A stretch of 64,000 bases of DNA from the human T2T-CHM13v2.0 reference genome, Homo sapiens. Where the stretch lies: assembly GCF_009914755.1 (NCBI RefSeq), contig NC_060932.1. One strand, 5' to 3'. Shown piece after piece: positions 1 to 12,994 of the stretch (position 1 is its first letter; each line of letters begins with the position of its first letter). A program made the position numbers and the translations under genes. Below the pieces are notes generated by a model, which saw only the letters and a list, made by a program, of their open reading frames with translations, had not been told where the DNA came from and ran no database searches.

Positions 1-234
1 CACAAAGTCATGAGATAGAGACCATCCTGGCTAACATGGTGAAACCCCGTCTCTACTAAAAATACAAAAAAATTAGCCGGACGTGGTGGTGGGTGCCTCC
101 CGCTACTCAGGAGGCTGAGGCAGGAGAATGGTGTGAGCCCGGGAGGCAGAGCTTGCAGTGAGCCGAGATAGTGCCACTGCGCTCCAGCCTGGGCAACAGA
201 GCAAGACTCCATCTCAAAAAAAAAAAAAAAAAAA
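1..234 (+). mobile_element. Alu (AluY/Sc-like), 5' part outside the window
   Basis: GAGACCATCCTGGCTAACATGGTGAAACCCCGTCTCTACTAAAAATACAAAA linker, right arm and A-tail. Confidence 0.95.
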
Positions 235-799
235 AGATAAAGTACATTTGCTTTCTGTGCTAGTCATTAGCTAAGTCAGAATTTCCAGGAAAGAAAAGAA
301 AGGATGGTTGATCAAGCTTACTTCCCATAACAACCATATTTTTCCTTGGATTTGACTCCTACTCACATGTCAGCTCTTGAATTTTTCAAGAAGGCTCTTT
401 GAGATAATCTTTCACTATTATTTACTAAGATTTTAAAGAAGCTATGCAAAGTAGCATTATTTTAAAAATCTCCTTTCTAATGTAGGTAACAAAGATTTTG
501 TCTCATTTTCCTTTTACTCTATTTTGTCTTTTCAGTGTCTCACTCCACCCCTTTCCCAGGTGAAGGAAGTGATTCATCTGTGTGTTTTATCTTAAGGAAG
601 AAGAGGGATCAAATGAGCCAACTTTGGCCCCCCCAAAAAAAAAAAAAAAAAAACCTAGAACGAAGGTTAAGACACATGAAATTAATTTGGATAGACTTGT
701 TGACAAAGCCAATCTTTAATGCCAACCTCATAAAAACAGAATTAGGTAACTGTTGTCACAGATTGCAGTATCATAATAAAGCACAAATACTGAGTCTTT

Positions 800-1020
800 A
801 TGCTTCTCCACAAATCAGAGATATATGGTGGAAGGACTGTAGGATTTGAAGCCAGAATACTGGGCAACATTCTGACCCATCCATCAGCTCTTATGTAGAC
901 ATGGGTCTGTCAATTACTCTCTAAAGTGGGAATAACAACACACAGGCTATCCTATTTCACAGAGTTGTGGGAAGGTAAATGAGAAAATTTGGAAAGCACT
1001 TTGCTTAGTGCTCTACAAAT
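800..1020 (+). mobile_element. MIR fragment
   Basis: Degenerate MIR core (ctctctaaagtgggaataac...cacagagttgtggg). Confidence 0.5.
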
Positions 1021-1567
1021 ACTGGAATCATTTATTCCAGAATTGGGATTTGTTTATTAGTTTACAGAACAAAGGCATTAAGATTCATTTAAATCTCCAT
1101 GAAACAAATTCGACATTGTTCCATTTCCTCACACGAGGGAAGCAAATTCTCTTATTATGTGTCTATATTTATCAATGTGGAAATCCAGCCCTCAGCTATC
1201 CTCTTCCCACCAAGATTAAGAAATGTAACAGTGGCAGCTGGAAAAACACAGAACTTTGAATAGGAGATAAGAATTACAGACTTCTTAAATGTCTTCATCT
1301 CCAATATTTTCCAGATCAGAATTTTTCTTGTCATTGATGTTACTTACATAGTATGATCAGCCAGAAGGTCTCTACTCTCTAAAACTACTCATTGTTGCCT
1401 AAAAGTCTGTAATTGGAGATCCCATTTCTTTGTATTAAGGCATTAATTTATGCTCAAATCACTTTAAATTGTTACACTAAAGAAAGGAGAAAGTGAAGTC
1501 TATAGCATCAGGTGTCCCTGGAGAAGTAGGGACACTGGCTAAAAGAATGGCTTAAAAAGACATTGAA

Positions 1568-1865
1568 GGCCGGGCATGCTGGCTCATGCCTGTGATCCAA
1601 ACACTTTGGGAGGCCACGGCAGGGGGCTTGCTTGAGCCCAGGAGTTCGAGACCAGCTTGGGCAACATGGCAAAACCCTGTCTCTACAAAAAAATACAAAA
1701 CTTAGCCGGGCATGGTAGTGTGCACCTGTAGTCCCAGCTAGTCAAGAAGCTGAGGTGGTAGGACTCTTCGAGTCCAGAGGTGGAGGTTGTACGGGGCCAA
1801 GATTGCACCATTGCATTCCAGCCTGGGCAACAGAGTGAGACCCTGTCTCAAGATAAATAATAAAA
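1568..1865 (+). mobile_element. AluJ
   Basis: Full dimer starting GGCCGGGCATG, with the J-type GCTTGAGCCCAGGAGTTCGAGACCAGC. Confidence 0.93.
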
Positions 1866-3723
1866 TACATAAGTAGAAAGACAATAAAAATCAACTTTAT
1901 TCCCTCTGAATTTTACCTTGGGCTGTCCTGTAGAGTAACAATCCCTTCTGCCCTCACCCTGGTGAAAGGTGCTGAACAGCAAGGGTTAAAGAAGAAATGT
2001 GAGCTCTTAACATTTCTCTAGGTGTCTTACTTGCAAATTGAAGACTAAACACAATTTTCACAATGGAGATCAGATTTACCCTTAGAGTGTTTTAGCTTCT
2101 GTGAAACTACTCCCAGCCAACTGCTGATGTTCATTCCTACCATTTTTAGCACCATTTTTCTTTCTTCTGTATGTGCCATCAAGGAACCATTGGGGGTTTG
2201 GATTGCCTGGAATTTGGCTCAGTTATGAAGCATGAAGTTAGTTATAAGGGCCTAGATCTCTGCCAGGTGCAACCAGAAGAACTACTTGGAATTCAGCACA
2301 GTCCCTAGGTAATGCTGATGACCCTGGGCTTGCATCATTATTTTAAGAGAAGCCTGGGGTATGTAGAAATTGATTTTGGGAATTCCAATGCAAACCTCTT
2401 TAATCACTGATTTGTATTTTGGAATGCAGGCTTCTATGTTGGCTTGGTTTATATGGGGCTTGCCACTTCAAATTACTTTTTTTCTTTTTAATAGCACCTC
2501 TTTTGGGATGTGGGTATGGAGGGTGGAGAGGTATGGGAAATAATGAAGATGAATCAGTGATTTAAGGCCAAAAACATTAGATGAGAATTTCAATATGGGA
2601 CCAACTAGTTTTGCAGAGACCCAATTTCTGTGCTTCTTTTGAGGGCAAGTCAATCAAACAGACATAAAGATGATTCTTAGCCTTCTGCTGTCTGTGCCTA
2701 TGAAATGCTATTTAAAGCTATTGAAGAAATGTAGGACGAAAACAATTTTGAATGTCACAGGAAGGAATTAATAAAAACCAAGACTATATGAACCAAAGTA
2801 ATCATTGCTACTATAAGAAAATCAGTCGTGTGCATTACAAAGATCCTCTGTGATCCCAAGACAAAGACTTAACTGCTACTTCTACATAATAGATATTAAT
2901 GATGAGGGACTCATAACTGTCCAAGAGGGCTAAACCCAAGGTGATGATAAATGCCCACCATTAAAGGTATATTGTGTAGTACTAACAATTTTATCTTGGC
3001 TCCAAATGTGAGATGAGAATCTGCCTAGAAATCTAAAGACAAAACAGAATTGAAGGTAAAACAAAATTGTGAGTTTGGAAAAATAAACATTTTAAAAATG
3101 AATATAATCTCCCTCTGTTGCTTATTTGGCCAGCTGCAAGTATACAAGGGGTTTCTCCCTTCTTCCACTTAAATAATGCATTTAATTCCCTGTTTGAATT
3201 TATTTGGAAGTAATATATTAATTTAGAGCAAGAGTCCTGAAGTCAGACTGCCTGTGTTCAAACTCTGCCATTGACCCTAGATAAGTTAATTAGCCTCTCT
3301 AAACTTCAATGTTCTCATTTGCCAAAAAAGCGTGGCTGGTATATAGTAAGTACTCAATACATTTTAGGTATTATGACTATAGTAAATACTATTGTCCAGC
3401 TTATATTCCTTTTACCAGTGTACCCATCCTTCAGCTGTTTTCAGTGTTGATGCTTAAAGATCATAGCTAATTGCTTTTCTTTGAAGACTTGCTCTTGTCA
3501 AGAATGGGGAATCTAGATGAAGAGACTGCAACCCACCCTGCCCTCTGCATGGAGCAGACTAGTGCTAGACTTTTCCCAAGATCACATTCTTGCTTAACTA
3601 CTACTTCTTCTCTGATCTTCTTTCCCTCTCTTAGAAGTTATGTTTCTTCCCCTAAAAATCATTTTTTAAATAAACTATATTCACTTGAATCTCTCTCAGG
3701 CTTCTAGTAACCTAAGACAAGAA

Positions 3724-5452
3724 CCATATTATTTCCTTGATTTTGAGCCATGTAAACTTTCACATTTTAACAAGTTTGAGGTCAGACTGTATCTTAAAAT
3801 CACCGTAAGCTAGGGTAAAGTTTTCATTTTCTGCACATTGACATGAAAATGTGCAGAACGAGTGTCAAGTCTTTGAAGAAAATCCTGGGATAACAGTGAG
3901 GCATTCTTTTGCTGCATGTACAACATTCTTGATGGCACAGAGGACCATGCTTTGCGGAGAAACAGTCAGCAATGACTTTGAATTGAATAGTTGAAAAATT
4001 GAAGAGTCAGACTGAATGATTAAAAATACTAGAAATATTGACCTATTTTGCTTTTACTTTCCTTTTAATATATGTAAAACAATAATATGTAATACATGTT
4101 GAAATCTAAAAGATCTTTCAAAAATATAAAATCCTAAGTGATGATTGTGACAAAGATGATACTTCAGTGCAGTGGGGAAGGGATGATCTTTCAATGAATG
4201 CTCTGGGTCTACTGGATGTCCACACTGGGGGGAAAAGCTTCATCTCTCTGACACCATACCCCAAATCAACTGCAGATGGGTTGCAGATCTAAAAGTGAAA
4301 GGTAAAATATGAAGCTATTGAAACATAACATCAGACTATCTTCTTGAACTTCAGTTGGGCAAATATTTATTAAGCAGAACCGCAAATGCTTTAATTATAA
4401 AGAAAAGAATAAATTGAACCATGTAAAAACTAAGAGCATTTCTTCATCAAAACACTCCATTAAAAGAGTGGCAAAGTAAGTCACAAGGTGGGAGAAAATA
4501 TTTACAACATGCATATCTAACAAAGGGTTATAGTCCGTGCAATAAAAACTCCTACAAATTGGTAATAAGACAAACATCCTAATAAAATAATGAGCAAAGA
4601 CATGGACAAACAATGATATAAAATGGCCAATAAATGTAAAAGGTGCTTAACTTCATTAGTCATCAGGAAAATGCAAATTAAAACCACAGTTGATTATATA
4701 CCCATGAGAAGGCTAAAATGCAAACATATCAAGTTGTAAGCTGGTTTAGCTATTGGAACTGAAACTCTTGAATATTGCTGATGGGAATGTTAATTGAGCA
4801 ACTACTTTGGAAAAATATTTTGGCAACATCTAAATATCTCTTCTGATCCAGGAATTCTCCTTCTAGGTATGTACCCAGTAGAAATGTGTATAAATACTCA
4901 TCCAAATAAAAGTACAAGAATGTTGACAGCAGCATTATTTGTAAAACCTTCAAAATATAAACAGCCAAATGCCTATCAATAATGTGATGGATCATTATAT
5001 TGTGTATATTCATATAATGGAATATCATACAGCAATGAGAATATGTTCTAATAGCATGTATTAATGGGTATCATCAACATAATGTTGAAAAAAGCCAGAC
5101 TGAAAAGAATACATAATTTACAGTTCTATTTATATAAAATTCAAAAATAGGAAAAAATTTTTTGTGGTGTTGGAAGCCAGGATAATGGTTACTTTTGGAA
5201 GAAGGTAGTATTGACAGCAGGCATACAGGTCTTCTAGGGTTCTGACAGTGTTCTAGTTCTTAATCCAGGGTGCTGTTCACATGGGTGTGGAAATTCATCG
5301 AGCTTTATTGATGAGTTTCATACTTTTTGTTATGTATGTGAAATGAAAGCATTGCCATTGTTTAATTGGCAGCAGTATTCCCCCTTTTCTAGCAGTATTT
5401 AGATAATGATGTGTCTTGTAATTGATGGTATCTTGGTTGAGGTAAAATACTT
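3724..5452. mobile_element. Ancient TcMar-Tigger (Tigger9-like) fossil, interrupted by an old L1 at ~4146-5345
   Basis: Degenerate TIR-like ends (ccatattatttccttgatt... / ...gatggtatcttggttgaggtaaaatac). 3925-3954 translates as ILDGTEDHAL, resembling the pogo-type transposase C-terminal LDGxED motif. Confidence 0.5.
4146..5345 (+). mobile_element. Old L1M (L1MC/ME-type) 3' ORF2 and 3'UTR fragment
   Basis: Degenerate ORF2 3' motifs (gacaaag...gtggggaagggatgatctttcaat; cattagtcatcaggaaaatgcaaattaaaaccac) followed by 3'UTR-like sequence. Confidence 0.85.
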
Positions 5453-5524
5453 TCATCAGTGGTCAGGTAGTAATAGTTCCCTAACTCTGATCTGTCTCTT
5501 ACTCTGTTTTCCAATTCATCTCAA

Positions 5525-6968
5525 GTGCTCAGTGTGGCACCCCATAATCTCTTCTCAACTTTTTCCTTAAGAGTAGAACTGATTCTTAGCTTGATAGGTA
5601 TTCACCTGGAACAAAAATTACCTTGCCCAGACTCCCTGCACCTAGGTGTGGTCAATGTGATGGCATTTTGGCCTCTATCAGAGGAAAGGGTATGGGGTAG
5701 TGTGTAGGAAAGTGTTAACTCAGCTGTCTCAAGTTGCAAATCTTGCAGTTTTCTAAGAAGGGTCTGTTTCATGACTGGCCCTTGGCTGATTCCTCAGAAT
5801 TGAGCTTTTAGAATATTTTAACTGATGAGTGCTTTGCATGAATCACATTATACCCATTTATCTGGATAGTTTGTGCCAACAATGTGATTTATGATGGATA
5901 CCTGCTTTCCTTCTTGGGACTCCAGTGACTGTAGTCAGTCATATAGAAACCACATGCCTATGTGACTGACACCTGATAAAAGCCCTAGACTGGGACAAGC
6001 TTCCCTCTTAGACAAATCTGAACAGAATAGATTCTCACAACTTGTTGCTGGGAGAAATAAGTGCTTCCTGTATGACTCCACTGGGAGAGACTCTTGGAAG
6101 TTTGCCCTTGGTTTCCTCTGGACTTCACCCCATGTATTTTTCCCTTTGTTGAATTTGCTTTGTATCCTTTCACTGTAATAAACCATAACTGGAACATAAT
6201 GATTTCTGAGTCCTGTGAGTCCTTCTAGTGAATCACCAAATGTACAAGTCTTGGGGAACCCTGGTACCGATGGTGTAATGTATTATGATTCAAAAAATAT
6301 TCATTCCTCTCCCTCAACTTTCATGGGAAGAGTATACTTTCCATGTGATTGATATTGAACTTGACCATGTGACTTTTTTTTGCCAATGGCATGTGGGTAG
6401 AAGGGACTTTGTGCCAATTCAAACCTTATACCCTAAGAGGCATTGCACATTTTTGTTTGCCTTTCTGGGAGCATTTGAACTCTTCCATAGAAAAAACATG
6501 TTTCCAGAAGTGTTGATTCTATTAGCCGGGGCGACAGAGTGAAGACACATAAAGCAGACCTAAATCCAAACTGCAGCATGGTGCCAAGCCTGGTCAGATC
6601 TGCAGTCTAAAGCAGAGCCGCTCTGCTGAGGCCAGACTAGATCAGAGAGCCACAGGCACAAGAGTAATTTAATACAGCATTATTGGGGAGGAGTTAACTG
6701 ATATAGGCATTTCTAGAAACTTCATTAAAGGACTGTGGGTGTGTATCCTCTCTTCCTTTGTCTCCTTTGCTGTCTGGAAGGCCAGATTTGGTCCTAAAGG
6801 TCTAGCCAATTTTGTGGGTAGTGATGATGGAGGCCAGACCCTAGGGACAGCTGGAAGGCACATGGAACCCTAATGACTCTGTGGAGCCACCACACTTCCA
6901 TCTTGTTTTGACCACTTTTGGGTTAGATTCTCTGTCATATGCAGCTGCACTTAATCCTAACTAATATA
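5525..6968 (+). mobile_element. Nested ERVL/MaLR LTR cluster: LTR33/LTR16-like host with a MER21/MER68-like LTR (~5703-6268) and an MLT1-like LTR (~6272-6700)
   Basis: aataaaccataac...ctgagtcctgtgagtccttctagtgaatc (MER21/68-type U5); gaccatgtgactt...gccaatgg (MLT1); ends in cttaatcctaactaata. Confidence 0.65.
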
Positions 6969-8962
6969 GTCAGCAAATCCTTATCCATCAATAGGCTCTT
7001 AGACTATTGTAGTAGAACTGAGAGACAAGTCAAATTAGGAACGCTCAGGAAAACCACTTTTACTGTCTCTTGGAAGGTCCTGGGCGATTTTCTGAATATG
7101 AATCTGTTCCCAGTTTTAGTATTTCCCCCATATTTCATGCCTAAGAATTTCCCACTCTGGAGGAATTTTTTTTTAAAGCTACTGCTAATCTTTGGGATAG
7201 TTTATCAATTTCTTTAAAAAGAAGTTTTTGTTTTCCTGTCTCCAAGCTCTTTCAAATGAAACCTGAGTGAAAGCCAATATGTAAAATAAACATGAGCCAA
7301 ACTACTCTGAAAGAAGGATGGTGACAAAGTGTGGCATTATGCATCTTCTCTCTCTTTGCCCCAGAGGGTCTCCTCCAAATTGCTCTGGCTGTGTGATACC
7401 CAGGACTGTAAGGGGTGTGGGTAGGGGTGGGATGGCAGGTTGAAATCCTGTGCATTTTCAGAGAGGAAAACAAATACCAAAAAAAAAAAAAAAAATCCAA
7501 AGGGACAAGATTTGGGTTTATTTCCAAGAATCAGAGTTGCCCAATGATAAGGTGGTCTGCCTTGTGAGGAGGTGATGCTTCCATCGAGAAGTAGTGTCCC
7601 CCTCATCTCTGGATCCCACTCCTACTTCCCACCCCAGCCCAGGGTTTTGCTGAGAACACTTTATTGAATATCACATTATTATTCTCTTCAGTGCACTCTG
7701 TCTTCCATCTGGGGTGGAAGGGAAACAGGCAGACAATTACATTGCTGATGTGGGATTTTTAGAGGAAAATTGAGGGAAATTATGGGGACTACCCAGCTGT
7801 GATGAAAACTCCTCACTGTCTTCTCATCGGACCCATTTTTTTGCAAACTGCAACTATTAAAAATGATTTAAAGTCACTTGCCAACTTTACCATGCTGTTA
7901 GATTCACTTGAATCTTACCTAGCTCTTAAAAAAGGCACAGGCAGTCAAAGCACGTTCACTCTCAAAGTGGTGTGAAATATGATGTCTACTATTTAGAAAG
8001 TTGAAATCTACTACACCATCAATGTCAATCTTCCCAGCATTCCCTATTCTATTTGATCTTATTTTCTATCTTCTAGATTCTGTCTCTTGTATCACTTCTT
8101 TTTCACCTTGTAATTTTTCCCACTAAAGATAGCTCTGGGCTTTTGCTTGTTTAGTCCTCTCCTTCTAAATATAGAGGAAACCCCTTGAAGTTTTTATCTT
8201 TACCCTTTTTTTTAAGGTGTTTACTATTTATGTTCACTTTTAACTTCTTCCTTTTCAGATTCATCAAGAAAGACATCTGAGATGTATGAATATCCTGTAA
8301 GACTGACCCAAATCCTGCTGGCTTGGTGAGCTCATCTCCCAGTTGCCTGATTATCTTAGAACATTGAAGAGCTCCAGTGAAGATGAAGGTAAACAGTGAG
8401 GTGGTTGTACAGTAGCAACCGCAAGCAGACCTTTAGCTAATTAATAAAAGGCAGCGTCTTCAAAGCTTGATGTCAACTTTGGGGACCTGGGTTTAAAAGG
8501 GGGCTGCTATCCAGTTCACTTTGTATTCTCACTTCAGAGGTTGCTGCTCTGTACAATTAACACTAAGGAAATGGAGAGGAAAGTGTTTTGCTGCAGAAAA
8601 TGCTCAGGAGACCTCCTAGTAGTTTAGATTATAGGAAAGGAAATGTCTTCAGTGTGACAAAACACAAATGGAGCAGAGATAAAATAAGTCACTTTCAAGA
8701 TGTGCATTTAAGAACTCGAGTAATGAGTTACTTTGACTAGAGGCAAAATGGATAATTTTACCAGTTGTCTATCACGTTAGGTAACTCTCTTTGGGTGGGG
8801 GGAAGAATTTCTGAGATTCTAATTGGGTAGTTTTCTAAAAAACATGCTATATACAGTTTTAGTGTTTGGTTTTTATATTATAAAAATAACTCATGCTTGC
8901 TATAAAAAATTTTAAACAGAGAAGAATATTGCATTGTTTGGGGTAGGCTAGGCTGTGCTGCC

Positions 8963-9513
8963 TGTGGTAGTCAGCCTCAAGGACGGCCCCTGGGAATCCA
9001 GCTCCTGATATTCATGCCCTGGTGCGTTTCCCATCCCCTTGAATGTGGGCTGGATTTAGTGACTTGCTTCTAATTAACAGAATAAGGCAGAAATGATGGG
9101 ATGTCACTTGTAATATTAGGTTATAAAAAGACTGGCTTCCATCTTGTTTCCTCTCTCTATGCCCCTCTGTCTTTTATCCTCACGTCTCTCTCTTTCTGGG
9201 GAAGTAAGCTGCCTTGTCATGAGCAACCCTACGGAGAGCTTGCTGGTTTTTAGCCAACAGCTATCAAGGAGCCGAGACTTACCAACAGCCAGGTGGGTAG
9301 GCTTAGAAGCAGATTCTCCAGCCCCAGTAGAGCCTTGAGATGCCTACTGCCTTGGCCAATACTTTGATGGTAGCCTCATGAGGGGTTCTGAGCCAGAACT
9401 CCTCCTGGGTTCCTGGTCTGTGAAGTAATACATATTTGTTGCTTCCAGCTGCTAAGCTTTGGGGGTGGGGGCTGGGGAAGTAATTTGTTGTGCTCCAATA
9501 GACAACTACTACA
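8963..9513 (+). mobile_element. MLT1F-like MaLR LTR inserted into an older, oppositely oriented MLT1 (~8932-9845)
   Basis: tgtggtag...cccttgaatgtgggctggatttagtgacttgcttctaa...gctaagctttgggg...taatttgttg. Confidence 0.75.
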
Positions 9514-9919
9514 TTAATGAACTTCCATCTCTCAGTGCCTTTACACAATAATCCCCTCACACACACACATATGCACACTCACACATTTTTAGTTCAAGTT
9601 AGGCATTCCCCTGGGAAGCTATCTTGCATGGGTAACAGTGATCCAGGCTCCTTCCTTTTTGTGGTAGGGAGATTGCTTGAAGGACTCACAACTTTAAATA
9701 TCCCAGAGATAAAGTGATGTATGTCACTTCTGCTTACACGTCATGGGCTGAAACCAGTTATGTGACCCCACCTAACTGTATGGGAAAATGGAAAATTGCA
9801 GAAGTATATGGACAGTCAATGAGAATTAAAGGTTTGTGCTACATGTATGGCATAAAAAGTGTAAATCACTCTTCTCCCCATCAGATGTTTTATACATAAC
9901 TGTTTGAATTGTGCCTTTT

Positions 9920-10140
9920 CAGGTATATATACTTATCATATAAACACATAAGCATATATATGCACAAATAAGCACAGAGGCATGTAAAATATATATGATA
10001 TATCTAATTTATACACCAGATATATTTTTTAGTATATAAATTCTATATATATATTTTACATGTCTCTGTGCTTATATGATTATATTTAATATATAAATAT
10101 ATATGATTATATATTATACATATGATATATGCACATGTAA
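9920..10140. repeat. AT-rich (TA)-like low-complexity tract
   Basis: Degenerate tatata runs. Confidence 0.7.
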
Positions 10141-10960
10141 AATAGGATTATGTCTCTACATAGAGATCTATTTCATTCTTGGTAATATCTGCTTGGTATT
10201 TCATGGTATGGAATGTACTAGAATTCATTTTGTTGTTCCCTGTTAAGCATAATTTAATCATTTCTATGTCTACAAAAATGACTTATTAGCCTGATTTTCA
10301 TCTGATACCTCTCTAACTTGCCCATATGCCATCATGTGCATATGTTGGAACCAGTCCAAAAAGGGAAAAAAATCTTGTCTCCACCAGCGCTTGCTTTACC
10401 CCATTCTTTCTGTCTGCTTAAATAAAGGGCATCATCGTGTTTGCTCCTTTTTTTCAGGGGCAATAAGAGATAAGCAATAAGAAAGCTATTGAAGAATTAA
10501 ACTTCACCAGCTATCATTTTGATAAAAATACAAAAGACAGAAGGTAACTAGCATTTATTAAATGCAGAGTGCTTAGGCACTGTGCTACACATTTGTATAT
10601 TGATTTCACTAGAACCTTGTGGTATCACTATGAAATCTGTAATTATTATTTAACTCCCACAGTGAAATCTTCTTCATAGGCTTTAAGCACCTCCTTTCCT
10701 CCACCCTACCACATATACTTACCATGTAAAATATATACATATATTTGGTAGAAAGCAGAGTTAACAAGGCTGTAATGACAGCTGTTTTTCTTAATAAAGA
10801 TACTGTAAAGATTGGTGTGCCCTTTCCCAGAAGATAGACCATACATAATTAAAAAGGAAAAAGAGCATGCAATGTTTGCAAATTTCCTGGGAAAATTCTC
10901 TCGTCTAAAAGTGTGCTAGCTTGCTTTCCAATGTTTCTATTAAAGGACAAAACACAAATA

Positions 10961-11004
10961 TGTGTTTGTGTGTGTATGTGTGTATATATATATGTATATA
11001 TGTG

Positions 11005-11058
<54 letters not shown>

Positions 11059-11080
11059 CACACACACACATATATATATA
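10961..11080. repeat. Compound microsatellite (TG)n(TA)21(CA)n
   Basis: Read directly from the sequence. Confidence 0.97.
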
Positions 11081-11499
11081 TCCCAAATGAAGAGAGATAT
11101 GACTGGCTGTCTCCATTGGTCTATTGTTTCCACTTGGGAATTCTATAAAAGGGCAAGAACATCCTCTGCCTTTGAAGCAGTTGCCAGTTTATGTCTGTAG
11201 TTTCTGAGGTTGTAGGCAAACTCCTCTGGGTCCTTCTCTCTGACCAAGCAAGCTGTTCCAGTTCAGAGGCCTGGGACTGCTGGACAGCAAAATATTTCAA
11301 CTTTGGCAGAGAGGTGGGAGCAGGGAGAATGATACCTGAATTTTTTATAGCATTTTCATGGATGGGAAATAGAGGGAGAGAAAACTCCCTTCACTGATCT
11401 CTGGCTCCTGGAGTTCTGCAACTTCTTTCTGTCTGCAATTCAAAGAAGTAAGGAAAGGCTCAGTCCATAGAGGGAGCAATTCTAATCCTGGCAGGTACT

Positions 11500-11620
11500 A
11501 AGATAGTATTACTATTTCAACTTTGTAGATGAATAAACAGAGGCTCAGAGAGATTAAGGACTTTAATCCCCAGCTCTGAATAACCATACAGGCCTTCAAG
11601 ACATGCGCTTTCTTTACCTG
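11500..11620 (-). mobile_element. MIR fragment
   Basis: tttgtagatgaataaacagaggctcagagagattaag. Confidence 0.65.
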
Positions 11621-12109
11621 TTTGGATTGAAGTAGGCGATCTCTTAAGGTCTCATAACTTTTAAAATACATTACTCTAAGCGGAGCTGTAGCCAAATTAT
11701 AAACATCTGGAAGAACTCTCCTTCAATCCTAACACCTTGAACATTTTCTCTGGAGAGCCTAAAAATAAATTCTTACTCTACAACCCTTCAGCTGATGGAA
11801 AGGTTGGAGACCATTGAAGAGAATGCTCTGCTAAAGAATTTGACTGTTCAAAGTAAAGGAACATTTTAGCTATAGACATTTATGTTTTACCGTGTTCCTA
11901 CAAATGAACCCAGTAGAGGGTGAAGTTTCTATTGGGATAGGTATTACAATGGGACTTGTTTTCTACATATCTGCAGGTTCCTGGACATTGTATGGAACCA
12001 GGAAAGAGAAACAGAAGCTGCTCTGAAAATCAGTGTTAAATGGAGGTATCCATGCCCAGATAGAAAAGCTATACAAATTAGATTACATTAATGAGCAATT
12101 TTCCTTTTC

Positions 12110-12294
12110 TTGGTATTGTGTATTTCAGAATAGCTAGAAGAGAGATCTTGAAATGTCCCTAACACATATAAGTAATACATGCTCGAGGTGACAGATGTCC
12201 TAAATACCCTGACTTGATTATTACATTCTATGCATGTAACAAAGTATCATATATACCCTATAAATGTACACTAATATTATGTATAAATTAAAAA
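12110..12294 (+). mobile_element. L1MA 3' end
   Basis: aatagctagaagagag...taccctgacttgattattacattctatgcatgtaacaaa followed by an A-rich end. Confidence 0.8.
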
Positions 12295-12328
12295 GTCAGG
12301 TTTTAAATTGATACATAATATCACAGCA

Positions 12329-12582
12329 GTAATTCTGGCACTTTGAGGGGCCGAGGTGGGAGGATCACTTGAGGCCAAGGGTTTAAGACCAGCTTGGGCA
12401 ACATAGCAAAAACCCATCTCTATAATTTCTTTTAAATTAGCTGGATGCCTGTAGTCCCAGCTACTTGGGAGGCTGAAGCAGGAGGATTACTTAAACCTAG
12501 GATTTTGAGGCTCCAGTGAGCTATGATCATGCCATTGTACTCCTGCCTGGGCAACAGAGTAAGACCCTCGCTCTAAAAAAAT
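12329..12582 (+). mobile_element. AluJ, 5'-truncated
   Basis: GGAGGATCACTTGAGGCCAAG...GAGCTATGATCATGCC. Confidence 0.9.
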
Positions 12583-12583
12583 T

Positions 12584-12889
<306 letters not shown>

Positions 12890-12994
12890 TCAGACTGAAG
12901 TATTATAAAAATACCTTTAAAAATGAAGAAAAAATTAGACTGTCCCTCCAAGAATTGTTTATCATTGGGAGATATGTATGTATGTTCTAATAGT

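Noticed and set aside
10849-11200. Overlapping ORFs with YIYI/VCVC runs
   Set aside because: Stop-free frames produced by the dinucleotide repeat
11977-12046. Possible small + strand exon (TGCAG|GTTCC...GGAG|GTATCC)
   Set aside because: Weak donor and interrupted pyrimidine tract; not distinguishable from chance
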